A stretch of 62,291 bases of DNA, from IMG/VR virus record IMGVR_UViG_3300036823_000041, positions 1 to 62,291 of that record; one strand, 5' to 3'. The notes beneath the pieces were generated by a model. That model was given only the letters and a program-made list of their open reading frames with translations, was not told the DNA's origin and ran no database searches. A program made the position numbers and the translations under genes. Shown in pieces: positions 52,433 to 60,826 of this stretch; position 1 is the stretch's first letter; each line of letters begins with the position of its first letter. Source of the stretch: a virus (taxonomy: Duplodnaviria; Caudoviricetes).

Positions 52433-53455
52433 ATGAGAGGCAAATGGAAATTGCTGCTTGCCCTGGCTATATCGCTTCCGCTGGCCGCGCAGCTCGGCGG
52501 TCCGAACGAGAATCGCCTGGCTTATGTCGATACCGGCGGCGGGTTCACTCTCTGGAACGCGGTCACCGACCCGGCGACGCCGCCGTATCCGATGCGCGGC
52601 ATCAATCTCTGGTGCCAGAACGGAGCTACGGTAGGGCATTGCAACCCATCCGGCGGGCCAGGAGGAAGCACCTCCATCACGTCATCTGATAGCAGCCTCA
52701 CCGTGAACCCTAGCCCGCTGACTGGCACCGGGACTATCAACCTGAATCTCGCGCACACAAATATTTTCACTGCGGCGCAGACCTTCAATGCCGGCATTAC
52801 CTCGCAGTTCAACGGCAACGCGCTTGCGATGGCCGACGCCACGGGCGGGCAAGGTCTTTTCACCGTCAACTTGAACCAGGTCGGGACCGACTCCTACGCG
52901 CGCGTCTACTCGGCTTTCAATAACGCATACCTCAAGGCCAGCACGAACTCGGGCAGCGGAGTCGCCGCGTTGCAGCTCGGCACCTCGGCGGTATCGCATA
53001 ACGTGCTCGCGGTCCCCGGCGGCGCGGGCGTGGGGCTCTCCGATTCGGTCATCGGCGATACCCTGCTGCTCGCGAGCGCCGGCAACCGCATCCTCATCGG
53101 AACGACCGGCGCCTCAAACGTGCAGGTCAGCAACGCGCAAATCTCAACCACGCCGAAGACCATCACCGCGAGCGCGACTCCGGCCATCTCGGCGACCGAC
53201 AGCAACCTGCAAATCATCACCCTGTCGGCAAATGCAACGCCGACCATAGCGAATATCGCCGCCGGCCAGCGAATCATCCTGAGCATCTGCCAGCCGGCAA
53301 CCGGTGGCCCTTTTACCTGGACATGGCCGGCTGCGTTTCATGGCGGCATGACCATCGGAACGACCGCCAGCACCTGTTCGCAGCAGGCATTCGACAATTT
53401 CAACGGAACCACCTATCGCGCGGAGAATGCGGGGGTTGCCAATGTCGCACCGTAA
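52433..53455 (+). CDS. fibre-like protein with signal peptide
   Basis: TAAGGAG SD; MRGKWKLLLALAISLPLAA-Q; NIFTAAQTF fibre motif; C-terminal Q.ATGG..TWTWP domain. Confidence 0.7.
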   Translation: MRGKWKLLLALAISLPLAAQLGGPNENRLAYVDTGGGFTLWNAVTDPATPPYPMRGINLWCQNGATVGHCNPSGGPGGSTSITSSDSSLTVNPSPLTGTGTINLNLAHTNIFTAAQTFNAGITSQFNGNALAMADATGGQGLFTVNLNQVGTDSYARVYSAFNNAYLKASTNSGSGVAALQLGTSAVSHNVLAVPGGAGVGLSDSVIGDTLLLASAGNRILIGTTGASNVQVSNAQISTTPKTITASATPAISATDSNLQIITLSANATPTIANIAAGQRIILSICQPATGGPFTWTWPAAFHGGMTIGTTASTCSQQAFDNFNGTTYRAENAGVANVAP

Positions 53456-54989
53456 AGCGTTCGCCGCCCTGCTGCTGCTTTTCTCGGGAGCCGCCTGCGC
53501 GCAGACCTCGGTCAACGGCGTGTCTGGGCAGGCGGTCGGCAGCACCTATATCGGCCTGGTGACGACGCGCAACGAGATGCAGGAATCGCTGAACGCCTCG
53601 GCGACCTGGTCGATGGGCCGCGTCATGCAGTACGCGCGCCGCCCGATTGCCGCCAACACGATGAAGATCGTCTTCGGGAACTTCTACGTCCCGAGCACCA
53701 ACGTCGAGACGAGCCCCGGCACCGGAACCTATAAGGTGAGCGTCGAGTATCCGCTCGGCACCTTTGCCGCCTGCACCTTCGCCGGATCTGCGACGGGATC
53801 GGTGACGGGCATCGGCCTGGCGACGACCGACGCCTGCGGCCCTGCTATCCCCGACGGCGCGCGGTTCTGGATTCGCGTGCTCTACACCAACCCTGCCGGC
53901 ATGATCTACACGGCCGGAGGCTCCAACCATTACGGGTTGCAGTTCCAGACCGCGCAAGGAGACGCATTCATCTTCGGCACCGGCACCGCGGCGGACTACA
54001 CCGCAGGCACCGCCGTCGGCTCCGGCTCTCCGGTCTTCTCTGCAGCGACAACGGCGCTCATGGCGCCGGTGGCCGTGCTGGCGCCTACCAATCAGGCGAC
54101 CGTGGTGCTGGTGGGCGACTCGCGCTGCGTCGGGAACGGTGACACGGTCAGCGACCAGTCGGCCGACCAGGGCGAACTCGCGCGGCCCGTCGGCATGCAG
54201 TTCGCCTACTCGAAGCTCTGCGCGCAGTCGGGCACCGCGGCGGCCTTTGTGACCAGCACCAACTCGGCCGAGCGCCAGATCCTCATCAATTCCGTAATTC
54301 ATCCGACGCTGGTCATCGACAGTTACGGGGTGAATGACATCTTCACCGGCGGCGCCGTTGCGACGCTTATCACCAATCTCAATGCGATCGCCGCGCTCTG
54401 GCCCGCGATCGAGACATGGGGGACGACCATACCGCCGGAGACGACGACGGCAAGCCTGACACTCACGGCGGCCGGCACGGCATCGGGCGGCGTCACCGCC
54501 TACGTCGGTACCTTCCCCAACTGCGGGACAAATGCCTGCGTGGGCGCGTTCTTCACCGTCGCAGGCTTCACGAACGGAGCCAATAACGGCACCTGGGCGG
54601 CGACGGCCTCGACGACGACGGCTCTCACCCTGGCAAATACGGCGGGAGTCGCGGAGACGCATGCCGGCACGGCAACCGACAATTGGGGCACAACCGTCAA
54701 TCAGGCCTCGGTGAACGCCGGGCAGACCTCGAACCTCTACTCGTTTAACTACGTGTTTGCAATGCGCGGCTCGATTTTCAATGAGCGGCGGGTGCTCGAC
54801 ATCAACCAGATTTTTGACCCCGGAAATACCGGGCTCTGGCCGGTATCGGCGCTGAATGGGCAGACGGTCAACGCGCAGCGCACCAACTACGCGACGACCG
54901 ACGGAGTTCACGAGTCGTACCAGGGCAACCAGCTCATCGCGAATCGGCTGGTGAATGCCTTCGCAGCTCTCGCGCGGGTGAACCCCTAA
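53442..54989 (+). CDS. SGNH/GDSL esterase-domain protein with signal peptide
   Basis: MSHRKAFAALLLLFSGAACA-Q; VLVGDS, YGVND and DGVH catalytic blocks. Confidence 0.82.
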   Translation: MSHRKAFAALLLLFSGAACAQTSVNGVSGQAVGSTYIGLVTTRNEMQESLNASATWSMGRVMQYARRPIAANTMKIVFGNFYVPSTNVETSPGTGTYKVSVEYPLGTFAACTFAGSATGSVTGIGLATTDACGPAIPDGARFWIRVLYTNPAGMIYTAGGSNHYGLQFQTAQGDAFIFGTGTAADYTAGTAVGSGSPVFSAATTALMAPVAVLAPTNQATVVLVGDSRCVGNGDTVSDQSADQGELARPVGMQFAYSKLCAQSGTAAAFVTSTNSAERQILINSVIHPTLVIDSYGVNDIFTGGAVATLITNLNAIAALWPAIETWGTTIPPETTTASLTLTAAGTASGGVTAYVGTFPNCGTNACVGAFFTVAGFTNGANNGTWAATASTTTALTLANTAGVAETHAGTATDNWGTTVNQASVNAGQTSNLYSFNYVFAMRGSIFNERRVLDINQIFDPGNTGLWPVSALNGQTVNAQRTNYATTDGVHESYQGNQLIANRLVNAFAALARVNP

Positions 54990-54995
54990 CCCGCG

Positions 54996-55008
54996 TTTTG
55001 GTATGAGT
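54996..55008 (+). promoter_or_regulatory. putative late promoter motif (copy 3)
   Basis: TTTTGGTATGAGT, 9 nt before ATG 55018. Confidence 0.7.
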
Positions 55009-55017
55009 GTCTGCGAC

Positions 55018-55317
55018 ATGAAACGGCTCCCCAGATTCGGCCCGTTTGTACTCGTGGCAGGGTGCCTTTTTACATCCGCAGCTCCGCGCCGGTCCCCCGG
55101 CCAGATGCGGCATCACAGCGATCGCGATTTCGAAAAGCTCGAAAAGACGCAGGACGACATCCAGAAGCACGTCGAGAACACCGACAAGAATGTCCTAGAT
55201 AACAAAGAGCAACTGCTGAAAATCGAGACGATCGCGGAGTGCTTCATGTGGATCGGCGGCTTTGTAGGATTCGGCGGTCTGGCGGCATTTATACGGAAAA
55301 AAGGAGATTCGGCTTGA
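55018..55317 (+). CDS. lysis-module membrane protein (lipobox-like N-terminus, coiled coil, C-terminal TM)
   Basis: MKRLPRFGPFVLVAG-C; FMWIGGFVGFGGLAAFI-RKK. Confidence 0.6.
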   Translation: MKRLPRFGPFVLVAGCLFTSAAPRRSPGQMRHHSDRDFEKLEKTQDDIQKHVENTDKNVLDNKEQLLKIETIAECFMWIGGFVGFGGLAAFIRKKGDSA

Positions 55318-55556
55318 CGATTGCATCCAATCCTTTCGAGGAGGGCTATCCTGTGCATGTACTCCCACGGAGTCACTCCCCCCGGCCCAAGGCCACGCTC
55401 GTTGAATTTCAGCAAAGCGGGGGAACCAAACCCATGAGCGACGTGTTGCTCTGGAAGCGCATTCGAAACCGCATCCTTTTCGGGATAAGCATCCTCGGCG
55501 CATCCGGCTGCCTGGTCGGCCTGCTCTATTCGGCGGCGCCTCTGATCCGGCACTGA
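55314..55556 (+). CDS. small membrane protein (start TTG 55314 or ATG 55434)
   Basis: C-terminal hydrophobic helix ILFGISILGASGCLVGLLY. Confidence 0.45.
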   Translation: MTIASNPFEEGYPVHVLPRSHSPRPKATLVEFQQSGGTKPMSDVLLWKRIRNRILFGISILGASGCLVGLLYSAAPLIRH

Positions 55557-55579
55557 AGCGCATAGACCGCTTGGCGCGG

Positions 55580-55592
55580 TTTTGGTATGAGT
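55580..55592 (+). promoter_or_regulatory. putative late promoter motif (copy 4)
   Basis: TTTTGGTATGAGT, 9 nt before ATG 55602. Confidence 0.7.
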
Positions 55593-55601
55593 TCCCCCGA
55601 T

Positions 55602-56132
55602 ATGGGGAACCCTGCCATTCCGCACTCTGCAATGCTGGCGCTCTGCCAGAAGCACGGCCCGGAGCTCAAGACCGCGGCCGGCATCGACGGCGTCACCCTG
55701 ATGGCCGCGATCGCGCAGAACGAATCGACGTTTGGCGAGAACGTCACCCCGCGGCACGAATCGGCTTACGACTTCGCCGGCTTCTACTCTTCCAATCCCG
55801 ACCAGGCCGCCCTGCTCCAGAAGTACGGCTCGAAGGCGGCCTATAGTTACGGTCCCTGGCAGACGCTTCCCTGTAACGCCATGAGCACTTCGCCAGACCT
55901 GCTCGAGTCAGACCTCGAGATTGCGGCCGCGGCTTTCGTGCTCGACTTCAACCGACGTGTCGCACCCCGCGGCCATTCCCTTTTCCAGTATGCCCAGATT
56001 TACAACGGCGGCCACGTCGCCAGGAATCCGCTCCCCGGCGTGATCCGCTACGCCGACGAACTCGCAGCCAACTACGCGATATGGGCGAAAGCCCTCGAAC
56101 CGGAGGCAACCGATGCACCTTCCCTCTCTTAG
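55602..56132 (+). CDS. endolysin, lysozyme/transglycosylase-like fold
   Basis: AIAQNES catalytic Glu, SYGPWQ, and YNGG...Y motifs. Confidence 0.8.
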   Translation: MGNPAIPHSAMLALCQKHGPELKTAAGIDGVTLMAAIAQNESTFGENVTPRHESAYDFAGFYSSNPDQAALLQKYGSKAAYSYGPWQTLPCNAMSTSPDLLESDLEIAAAAFVLDFNRRVAPRGHSLFQYAQIYNGGHVARNPLPGVIRYADELAANYAIWAKALEPEATDAPSLS

Positions 56133-56469
56133 TCAAGTGCTCATCTACGCCTGCGGCTACGTGACCGGCGCGTCGGTGCTCTGCAATGTACTGCCAAAGG
56201 ACACGGTTTTCGATGCTTACCCCCGCGTTAAAACAGCGTATGGCACAGTTGTCCTCATTCTGGCGTCGTCGGCGTTCAACCTCCGCAAGTTCACCCCCGC
56301 CGCCAACCTCAAAATCCCTTTCCTCGGTTTCGGAGACTACGAAAAGCAGCACCCCGAACTCTTCGGAGCCGTCCTCGTCTCTCCCGGCGTCGGAGCAAGC
56401 CCCGAGGCCGCAATCAAAGACGCAGCCGCCAACGCTGCCCAAACCGGAGGCAACAGCCCCAGGAGCTAA
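56113..56469 (+). CDS. putative holin
   Basis: Two hydrophobic segments; overlaps the endolysin end. Confidence 0.5.
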   Translation: MHLPSLSQVLIYACGYVTGASVLCNVLPKDTVFDAYPRVKTAYGTVVLILASSAFNLRKFTPAANLKIPFLGFGDYEKQHPELFGAVLVSPGVGASPEAAIKDAAANAAQTGGNSPRS

Positions 56470-56476
56470 TTTCGTC

Positions 56477-57004
56477 ATGGCATTCTCATTCGCATCGGCA
56501 GGTCACGCAATCGGCTCGGCTCTCCAGGATGTCGCGAAGGGCGCGGAGTGGCTCATCAAGGAAGCGCAGACCGTCGTCCAGCCCACAGAGAAAGGCGTCG
56601 AGAGCGTTACCGCTCTGATTGCGCAATTCCTGCCGCAAGCCAACATGGCGCTCATCATCGAGAAGGTCGGCTATGGCGCGCTCGGCATCATCATCGCCGG
56701 ACTGCAGTCGGGCGACGCGGCTTTCCGGCAGAACCTGCTCAACGCGGGCGCCGACGAGTCGTTCATTCAGCAGGTCGAGGCGATCATCGAAGCATTCCCG
56801 GCGCTCATCTCCGGCGCCAAGGCGCAGTTCGAGGCGCAGTCGCCGGCCACCACTGCGGCAACCGCCAAGGCCTCGCTCGCGAGTGTCCACACCATCACCG
56901 TGCCCAAGGGCGCGGCCGTCGTCGACAAGACCCCGGCATCGCCGGTATCGGCAACTGTAGAGAAAGAGCTCCACGCCGGCCTCGCGCCGGCGGCAACGAA
57001 GTAA
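56477..57004 (+). CDS. hypothetical amphipathic protein
   Basis: AGGAG SD before MAFSFASAG; followed by a terminator. Confidence 0.6.
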   Translation: MAFSFASAGHAIGSALQDVAKGAEWLIKEAQTVVQPTEKGVESVTALIAQFLPQANMALIIEKVGYGALGIIIAGLQSGDAAFRQNLLNAGADESFIQQVEAIIEAFPALISGAKAQFEAQSPATTAATAKASLASVHTITVPKGAAVVDKTPASPVSATVEKELHAGLAPAATK

Positions 57005-57016
57005 CACCGTACTGAT

Positions 57017-57049
57017 CCCGCGGGCTTCGCAAGGCCCGCGGGCATTTTT
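57017..57049 (+). terminator. intrinsic terminator
   Basis: CCCGCGGGC/GCCCGCGGG stem followed by CATTTTT. Confidence 0.75.
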
Positions 57050-57069
57050 CGATCACAGGAGCGGCGGCG

Positions 57070-57348
57070 ATGAAAAGCGCAAACCCGAAACCGATGGGAC
57101 CAGGCGGCTCGCAGAAGGACCGCATCGGCGAAGACGAAAAGGATATGAGGCGGCCGGCAGTCACCGTCGGCGGCAAGTCGACGACCGGCATCAACCAGGC
57201 GAGCGCCGCCACCCAGGCCGGCACCGACCCGACGATGGCGCAGATTTTCAAGCCCTCGAAGCGCGTCGGCATGGACAACTCGGTGAAGCCGGCGCCAGTG
57301 CAGCCCAAGGCCAAGCGCCGTTTCAAAATCGGACGAGAGGAGTACTAA
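57070..57348 (+). CDS. small basic hypothetical protein
   Basis: AGGAG SD, 92 aa. Confidence 0.6.
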   Translation: MKSANPKPMGPGGSQKDRIGEDEKDMRRPAVTVGGKSTTGINQASAATQAGTDPTMAQIFKPSKRVGMDNSVKPAPVQPKAKRRFKIGREEY

Positions 57349-57349
57349 C

Positions 57350-57712
57350 TTGCCTTTCCCAAATCCAAGCACCGGAATCGACCCGTCGCCACGCAAATAC
57401 ACCCTGCCAGCCGGCGGCGGCCTCGTCGACATCCCTGCGACCAAGTTCGCGCGCCGCGTCGAGATCATCGAGGACGGCAACGTGGCGGCATTCGCCGGCT
57501 TCTCGCTGAAGTATCCGAACGGCAACACCATCGGCTACACCCCGGACCAGCAGCCAGCCGTCATCGAGGACTCGCCCAAGCGCGGCAACGCGGGCGGCAA
57601 CTTCCTCGCCGAGCCGGCACAGGAGGGCTATCCTGGCCCGCGGGCGGCGGATCTCTACTGCCAGGCGAGCTCGACTGCGGGAACCATCATCGTCGTTAAA
57701 GAGCTGGAATAG
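57350..57712 (+). CDS. small beta-rich (possibly virion) protein
   Basis: GAGGAG SD, TTG start, 120 aa. Confidence 0.6.
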   Translation: MPFPNPSTGIDPSPRKYTLPAGGGLVDIPATKFARRVEIIEDGNVAAFAGFSLKYPNGNTIGYTPDQQPAVIEDSPKRGNAGGNFLAEPAQEGYPGPRAADLYCQASSTAGTIIVVKELE

Positions 57713-57721
57713 AGGAGCGGC

Positions 57722-58228
57722 ATGGGCTTCCGCGACTGGTTTGTGACGGCAGCGCATCATCGCGAAGTCTGCGCGCTCTACGAGCAGCGCCTGGTCGTCG
57801 CCGCAGATATGGCGACGCGGGCCGAGGAGCGCGCAGCTCGCGAAGTCGAGATCCGGCAGGAGCTCGAGAAGAAGCTCGTCGACAGCCTGTTCGCGAAGCC
57901 GGAGAAGGTCGAGCAACGTCCGCGGCTGAAGCCGTCCGAGAAAACGGAGCGGGTCCAGGTTCCGCTCTCGCTCGACGATCCTGCCTCCATCATCCGCCAG
58001 GCCGTCAAGGAAGTAGGCGGCCGCAATGGCAATGCAGTCGCGGCCAGGGCGCAACGCATCATGGACAACCTCAACCGCGGCCGCACACAAACCCGCACCG
58101 CCGTGCTCAAGATGCCCGAGCGCGCCGAGGCGATGAGAATCATCGAGGACGCGACCAGGGAAGCCGAGGCCGAGGCCTACCAGCGGTCGGTCGACGCAGC
58201 CGCAGCCGCGCGCGAAGCAGCAAGCTAG
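57722..58228 (+). CDS. helical hypothetical protein upstream of portal
   Basis: GAGGAG SD, 168 aa. Confidence 0.65.
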   Translation: MGFRDWFVTAAHHREVCALYEQRLVVAADMATRAEERAAREVEIRQELEKKLVDSLFAKPEKVEQRPRLKPSEKTERVQVPLSLDDPASIIRQAVKEVGGRNGNAVAARAQRIMDNLNRGRTQTRTAVLKMPERAEAMRIIEDATREAEAEAYQRSVDAAAAAREAAS

Positions 58229-58240
58229 AAGGGGTAAGGA

Positions 58241-60787
58241 TTGGCAGAGCCGACATCCATTTCGGTCGATACACCGGACCAGACCAAAGCCATCGTCCGC
58301 ATCGACCCGCAAGCCGCCGGGCTCGAGCAGACCGCCTCCGACGACCCGACGCCATTTGCGCCGGCCACGCCGAAGTCTCAGGAGGACAAGGACGCGGTCG
58401 AGCGCATGTCGCAGCGCATCACCGACGCGCTGCGCGAAGTGCGCCGGCAGTTCCTCACCGCCGATTCGGCCGAGTACAACTCCTACCTTCGCCGCATCAC
58501 CCGCTGCTTTGAGACGTTCAAAAATAACCCGTACATTCTCTACAACGACACCACGGGCACGACCGACACCATCTCGCAGATCATGCGCTCGCAGAATGTC
58601 GATACGAGCGACCAGATCGACCTCTATCAGTACAACGACAACGTCTACCAGATGCTCGGCCTTACGCTCATTGCCGCGCTAGGCGAGGACATCCCGCGTT
58701 GCCGCTACCAGCCCACCGATGCCGAGAACGAAGCCGACATCCTCATCGCCGAAAAGGCCTCGCTTATCCAGGCCGACAACGAGCGCAAGAACGGAGTCGC
58801 CGCTCTCCAGAAGAAGGAGCTCCTCTACTTCTGGTGCACCGGCTCGTATTTCAAGTACACGCGCAACGTCGTCGATGCGAACCGCGCCGGCGTAACCCGG
58901 CAGCCCGTCGTCGCGATGAAGCCGACCGAGACGGCTCCGGCCCGCTACATCTGCCCGGATTGCGGCGAGGCGACTCCCGAGGCCGACTTCAACCAGCGGC
59001 CAGGCTCGCCGATGGCGCTTGCCGGCGGCGATCAGGGCATGGGCCAGGGCGCGCCGGACGATCAGGGCATCCAGTGCCCGCAGTGCAACGCGCAGATGGG
59101 CGATGCGGACTGGCACGAGCCTTTCAATATGGACATGCCGCAGCGCGTCGGCGAAAAGGTCGTGCCCAACTCGATGTGCGCGATCGACGTTTATTGCGGC
59201 GCCTCGGTTCGGATCAATCCCAAGGCCGAGGATCTCTACGAATCGAAGTATCTGGATCTTTCCGGCGAGGTCGATGCCGGCACCGTGCGCGCCGCGTACC
59301 CGGATTTCTGGGATCAGATCGGCGGCAACAAGGGCGAGAACGCGGACCCGAGCGATCAGCAGGGCGTCACCGTGCGCCGGCGCATCGGCTCGCCATCCGG
59401 CACCGATACCGCCCTGAGTTCCACGCTCAATGGCACCTACTCGCGGTGCTGGCTGCAGCCGGAGGCGTTCAATATCCTCGATGACCGCGATCTCGCCGGC
59501 GACCTGCAGCGGCTCTTTCCCGAGGGTGCGAAGCTGGTTTTGTGGGGCGACACGCTGGTGCTCGATGCGGTGCCCGACAAGATGATGGACCACTGGACCC
59601 AGGCCCGCACCATCAAGGGGCTCGGCGCGTATCCGTTCGGCATCGGCGACGCGGCGCTCGACATCCAGGCGCGCATCAACAGCACCGCGAATACCATCCA
59701 CGCCTACATGGACCGCCTGGCATTCGGGACCATCCTGGCCGACGCGGAGCAGATCGACGTAGAGCGGCTGACCGACAAGGCCTTGCATCCGGGCAACTTT
59801 ACGGAGATTTACCGCAAAGACGAGAGCGGGATGCTGGACAAGCGGCTCGAGGACATCCTCTACCAGCCCGAGTTCCACATCGACTCCCATATTTTCCAGT
59901 ACCAGCCGCAGCTCATTCAGCTCGCCCAGGTCATTGCCGGCGTGCAGCCGCAGACCTTCGGCGGCTCGGACCCGAATGTCCAGACCGCGGCCGGGCAGGC
60001 GCAGATGCTTCGCCAGGCGATGGGCCGCATGAAGCTCTTTTGGGACCAGATCCGCGAGGAGCATGCCGCCGCCGCAGAAAACAGTGTTCGCTGCACCGTC
60101 CAGAACATGGACGCGCAAATGAAGATCGTCACCGAGGGCTCGAACCCGGACAGCTATCAGACCGTCGTGCTGCTCAAAAACCAACTCGTCGGCGACTTCA
60201 TGGCGTACCCGGAGACGGAAGAGGGCATGCCGGCCTCCTACGACGAGATGCGCGCGAACCTCATGCAACTGCTCGAGCAGGCGCAAAAGAGCCCGTTCCT
60301 CTCGGCCGTGCTCTCCGAGCCGGACACGATGAAGCTGGTCGCGCGCTACATCCTGCCCTACGGCGCGAAGATGCCGGGAGATGCCGAGCGCGCGCGCATC
60401 AAGACGGTCATCGGCCAACTCTCGAAGCAGGCACCCCGCCAGGTGCCGCCGCCGCCGCAACAGCCAGGGGCGCCGCCCGCGCCGCCGCAGTTCATCTCGT
60501 CGCAGGTACCGTCGCCCGATTACGACGACTACGGCATGATTGTGGAAATAGCGACGGAATGGCTGCAGGAAAACTGGCAGATTGCGCAGACGCCGGGCTT
60601 CATCAACGTGCTGCTCTACATGAAGGAAGCGAAGTCTCAGGCGACCTTGAATGCGATCAAGATGCAGCAACAGGCCGCCGCGGCGCTGCCCCCACCGCCT
60701 GCCGCCGGATCTGGCCCGAAGCCGCCGGGAGGGCCGCCGCCCGGCCTTCCCGCGGGCCATCCCCCAGGTCAGCAAGCTATCCAGTAG
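58241..60787 (+). CDS. portal protein
   Basis: 848 aa with P22-like portal organisation (PTDAENEADILIAE..., PFGIGDAALDIQARIN, IAGVQPQTFG...TAAG) and a Gln/Pro-rich tail. Precedes a scaffold-like gene. Confidence 0.8.
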   Translation: MAEPTSISVDTPDQTKAIVRIDPQAAGLEQTASDDPTPFAPATPKSQEDKDAVERMSQRITDALREVRRQFLTADSAEYNSYLRRITRCFETFKNNPYILYNDTTGTTDTISQIMRSQNVDTSDQIDLYQYNDNVYQMLGLTLIAALGEDIPRCRYQPTDAENEADILIAEKASLIQADNERKNGVAALQKKELLYFWCTGSYFKYTRNVVDANRAGVTRQPVVAMKPTETAPARYICPDCGEATPEADFNQRPGSPMALAGGDQGMGQGAPDDQGIQCPQCNAQMGDADWHEPFNMDMPQRVGEKVVPNSMCAIDVYCGASVRINPKAEDLYESKYLDLSGEVDAGTVRAAYPDFWDQIGGNKGENADPSDQQGVTVRRRIGSPSGTDTALSSTLNGTYSRCWLQPEAFNILDDRDLAGDLQRLFPEGAKLVLWGDTLVLDAVPDKMMDHWTQARTIKGLGAYPFGIGDAALDIQARINSTANTIHAYMDRLAFGTILADAEQIDVERLTDKALHPGNFTEIYRKDESGMLDKRLEDILYQPEFHIDSHIFQYQPQLIQLAQVIAGVQPQTFGGSDPNVQTAAGQAQMLRQAMGRMKLFWDQIREEHAAAAENSVRCTVQNMDAQMKIVTEGSNPDSYQTVVLLKNQLVGDFMAYPETEEGMPASYDEMRANLMQLLEQAQKSPFLSAVLSEPDTMKLVARYILPYGAKMPGDAERARIKTVIGQLSKQAPRQVPPPPQQPGAPPAPPQFISSQVPSPDYDDYGMIVEIATEWLQENWQIAQTPGFINVLLYMKEAKSQATLNAIKMQQQAAAALPPPPAAGSGPKPPGGPPPGLPAGHPPGQQAIQ

Positions 60788-60804
60788 TTGCAACACTTAC
60801 AGGG

Positions 60805-60817
60805 TTTTGTTATGAGT
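60805..60817 (+). promoter_or_regulatory. putative late promoter motif (copy 5, TTTTGTTATGAGT)
   Basis: One mismatch to the consensus; 9 nt before ATG 60827. Confidence 0.65.
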
Positions 60818-60826
60818 GGCCGCGAT

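Noticed and set aside
58679-60796. 705-aa minus-strand ORF, and similar long antisense ORFs (13862-15193, 44912-46297, 47428-49476, 53400-55019)
   Set aside because: They mirror well-supported plus-strand genes and have the R/L/V/G-rich composition of high-GC shadow frames, with no motifs.
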